A stretch of DNA of 64,000 bases from Escherichia coli. Its GTDB lineage: Bacteria > Pseudomonadota > Gammaproteobacteria > Enterobacterales > Enterobacteriaceae. The notes beneath the pieces were generated by a model. The model was not told the origin of the DNA. It did not search any database and saw only the letters and a list, made by a program, of their open reading frames with translations. The stretch's first letter is position 1; every line of letters starts with the position of its first letter. Below, in pieces: positions 61,934 to 64,000 of this stretch. The stretch lies in assembly GCF_011045215.1 (NCBI RefSeq), contig NZ_CP049201.1; one strand, 5' to 3'. The position numbers and the translations under genes are program-made.

Positions 61934-62090
61934 ACGCTAATTCCCGTCACTCTGGTATGCCATCCAGTATGCCATTAGTCTCTCGCTTCACTAAGAATAC
62001 ATTAGATAATATCGGACAACAAAAAGTGTAATACATTGTTTATAATGAAATTATATAACACCCCTGGATTAAGTCAGATTTATTTCAGGC

Positions 62091-62107
62091 GGTCCCCCTC
62101 ACCGCCA
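62091..62107. repeat. Direct repeat of the serX 3' end (island distal att site)
   Basis: ggtccccctcaccgcca; ccccctcaccgcca matches serX 3' end at 3502..3515. Confidence 0.8.
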
Positions 62108-62149
62108 TATTTAAATAAATATCCTCCGGCATAGCCGGAGGTTTTTCAA

Positions 62150-62870
62150 ATGCGCCTATAAGGCTCTCTTACCAGCCGCGCCCTAACAGGCGCACACGAT
62201 CTGACATTTGCATCCAACTTCGTTACTTACGGCCCGTAAACGGGCTGCCCGGATAGGGAATCGATAACTGCTCTCCCATTTCATCCTCTTCAAGCTGGTG
62301 CTTTATGTAATCCTGTATCTTCGCCGTGTTCTTACCCACCGTATCGACGTAGTACCCTCTGCACCAGAACTCCCTGTTCCTGTATTTGAATTTCAAATCC
62401 CCAAACTGCTCATAAAGCATCAGACTGCTTTTCCCTTTCAGATATCCCATAAAGCCGGATACGCTCATTTTGGGCGGGATCTCCACAAGCATATGGATAT
62501 GATCTGCACAGCATTCAGCTTCAAGAATCCGTACGCTTTTCCACTCACACAGCTTTCTCAAAATACTGCCTATTGCTCTACGCTTCTCTCTGTAGAACAC
62601 TTGTCTTCGGTATTTTGGCGCAAAAACTATGTGATATTTACAGTTCCATCGGGTGTGCGCTAAGCTCTTTTCGTTCCCCATTGGGACCCCCTTTTGATTT
62701 CTTGTTTGACACTTGCAGTTGCCAGACCGCAAGGTGTTTTAACAAATCAAAAGGGGTTTTAATAACTGGCTCAAAGCTGAAAGCTTTCCGGAACCCCCAG
62801 CCTAGCTGGGGGTTTTCTGTGCACAAGAAGAGCCCGTACGAAAGTACGGGCTTTTTTTTCGTATATTGCA
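62150..62870 (-). mobile_element. IS200-family insertion sequence (approximate ends)
   Basis: Contains a Y1 HUH transposase gene and a hairpin agcccgtac-gaaa-gtacgggct followed by T-run at 62831..62861; ends estimated from typical ~0.7 kb size. Confidence 0.7.
62223..62681 (-). CDS. tnpA: IS200 transposase TnpA (HUH Y1 family)
   Basis: MGNEKSLAHTRWNCKYHIVFAPKYRRQ...ADHIHMLVEIPP... near-identical to recalled IS200 TnpA. Confidence 0.9.
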   Translation of the reverse strand: MGNEKSLAHTRWNCKYHIVFAPKYRRQVFYREKRRAIGSILRKLCEWKSVRILEAECCADHIHMLVEIPPKMSVSGFMGYLKGKSSLMLYEQFGDLKFKYRNREFWCRGYYVDTVGKNTAKIQDYIKHQLEEDEMGEQLSIPYPGSPFTGRK

Positions 62871-63010
62871 CACACCGGGTGCCCCCGCCCACGTCTGTTA
62901 GGGCGAGGGGAAATCGTGCACATCAACTGTCTGATTGCTCAGTCAACAATCAAAATGCGCAAGAGAGTACAGAACATATATGCGCTATCTGGTCACTTCC
63001 TGTAACTTCC

Positions 63011-63997
63011 TCACTTATTAAAATGCCCCCAACGGAAATACATGTCACATGCCATCATAAAATCGTTATGCCAGAGGAACCGACAATGGAAAAAATAGTA
63101 AATTAAGCACGGTACATAGCAGAGTAAAAAATAGGCTTCAAACCAAATCCGCCATTCCACAAGCGTTGCCAATACCGACACCAGCGTAATCCACATCACT
63201 TCAATAACCAGCAATATGAATAACCGAAGCCAAAGCGGCTTGGCAAAAAAGGTCGACAACGCATTTTCACTGGAGAAAAACAGATCGATTTCCTGCAAAA
63301 AAAGCCTGCCCAGAAAAGCGTACCGCTTGGAGAAGCGCAGAAAAAACAGATTAATCGCCAACACTACGCCACAAAGAATGAGCAATGCAATTATCGATTT
63401 AAACGTTAACCACTGCCCCTCTGTCACAAAAGAGTTACTGTTACGCAACGGGCTGATAGTAAGCAGGTTAACAACCGTTGAGATACAAACCGAAAGCAGC
63501 ACATAGCGAGTCAGACTTTTATATTTTACTTTTTTCGCTACTGAAATAGCGACCTGCTTGACATAACTGGTGCGGATCATCCGAAACAACAGAAAGATGA
63601 CCAACGGCCCAAGTAACGAAATCAGGAACAGCGCATATAACGAGGGTAGAAGCTGGTATAGCCCCCAACTCATTGCACTCAACATGATTAACGACAGAAA
63701 TCCTGCCACCAGAGGTTGTGTAAGAAATAATTCTATTTTGTGGTTCTGCTTTTTCTTAAACCACGAAAAATCGATATTCTTCGTGACGCATTTATAAGCC
63801 CAGTACGCCTTGAGATCAAAAATAAAATTATACAGCACCAGGGCCAGAATCCCACTAACTACACCAATATCCTCTGATGGAAAAGTAAACCCTGCATTTT
63901 TCCAATAAAAGCCTATCAGAATAAGTCCAATAGCATAAATGTATATCAGATTTCGTTTATCCTGAAAGCGAATAAAAGTTAAATAATCAGGAATCAT
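63011..63997 (-). CDS. ycdU: Inner membrane protein YcdU
   Basis: 328-aa multi-TM ORF; K-12 neighbour of serX on the side opposite ghrA. Confidence 0.75.
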   Translation of the reverse strand: MIPDYLTFIRFQDKRNLIYIYAIGLILIGFYWKNAGFTFPSEDIGVVSGILALVLYNFIFDLKAYWAYKCVTKNIDFSWFKKKQNHKIELFLTQPLVAGFLSLIMLSAMSWGLYQLLPSLYALFLISLLGPLVIFLLFRMIRTSYVKQVAISVAKKVKYKSLTRYVLLSVCISTVVNLLTISPLRNSNSFVTEGQWLTFKSIIALLILCGVVLAINLFFLRFSKRYAFLGRLFLQEIDLFFSSENALSTFFAKPLWLRLFILLVIEVMWITLVSVLATLVEWRIWFEAYFLLCYVPCLIYYFFHCRFLWHNDFMMACDMYFRWGHFNK

Positions 63998-64000
63998 TTG

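Overview
Escherichia coli-type chromosome, reverse-oriented relative to K-12: core genes csgG (3' end), ycdZ, ycdY, ycdX, ghrA and tRNA-Ser serX (3428..3515), then a ~58.6 kb genomic island inserted at the serX 3' end (about 3516..62093), closed by a 14-17 bp repeat of the tRNA 3' end and a P4-type integrase, followed by an IS200 copy and core gene ycdU. The island is a mosaic of: (1) a CP4-44-like module (DUF-protein, yeeW-like, cbtA/cbeA toxin-antitoxin, yeeT, radC-like, antirestriction, DUF932, large membrane protein, Ag43/Cah autotransporter with its three-GATC phase-variation switch, yeeP-like GTPase); (2) a defence cluster: AT-rich GIY-YIG nuclease gene plus a type I R-M operon hsdM-hsdS-[darT-darG]-hsdR-M48 peptidase, with DarTG nested inside; (3) a ~9 kb segment bracketed by ~120 bp direct repeats carrying an Ail/Lom-family porin, an orphan cdiA-CT/cdiI module and an arginine deiminase operon (arcA-arcC-arcB-transporter-argR); (4) a complete cdiB-cdiC-cdiA-cdiI contact-dependent inhibition locus (CdiA 3024 aa); (5) an AT-rich integrase-proximal region with YagK/YfjJ-family genes, a DUF3987 gene with a duplicated 5' end, alpA, an IS1-family remnant and several unrecognised ORFs including a 605-aa protein. 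All calls are from reading the sequence and recalled family knowledge; no database search was run. The best candidates for something undescribed are the unrecognised AT-rich ORFs (605-aa gene at 58726..60543, the 131/257-aa pair at 50896..52372, the GIY-YIG gene) and the repeat-bracketed orphan-CDI/ADI segment.
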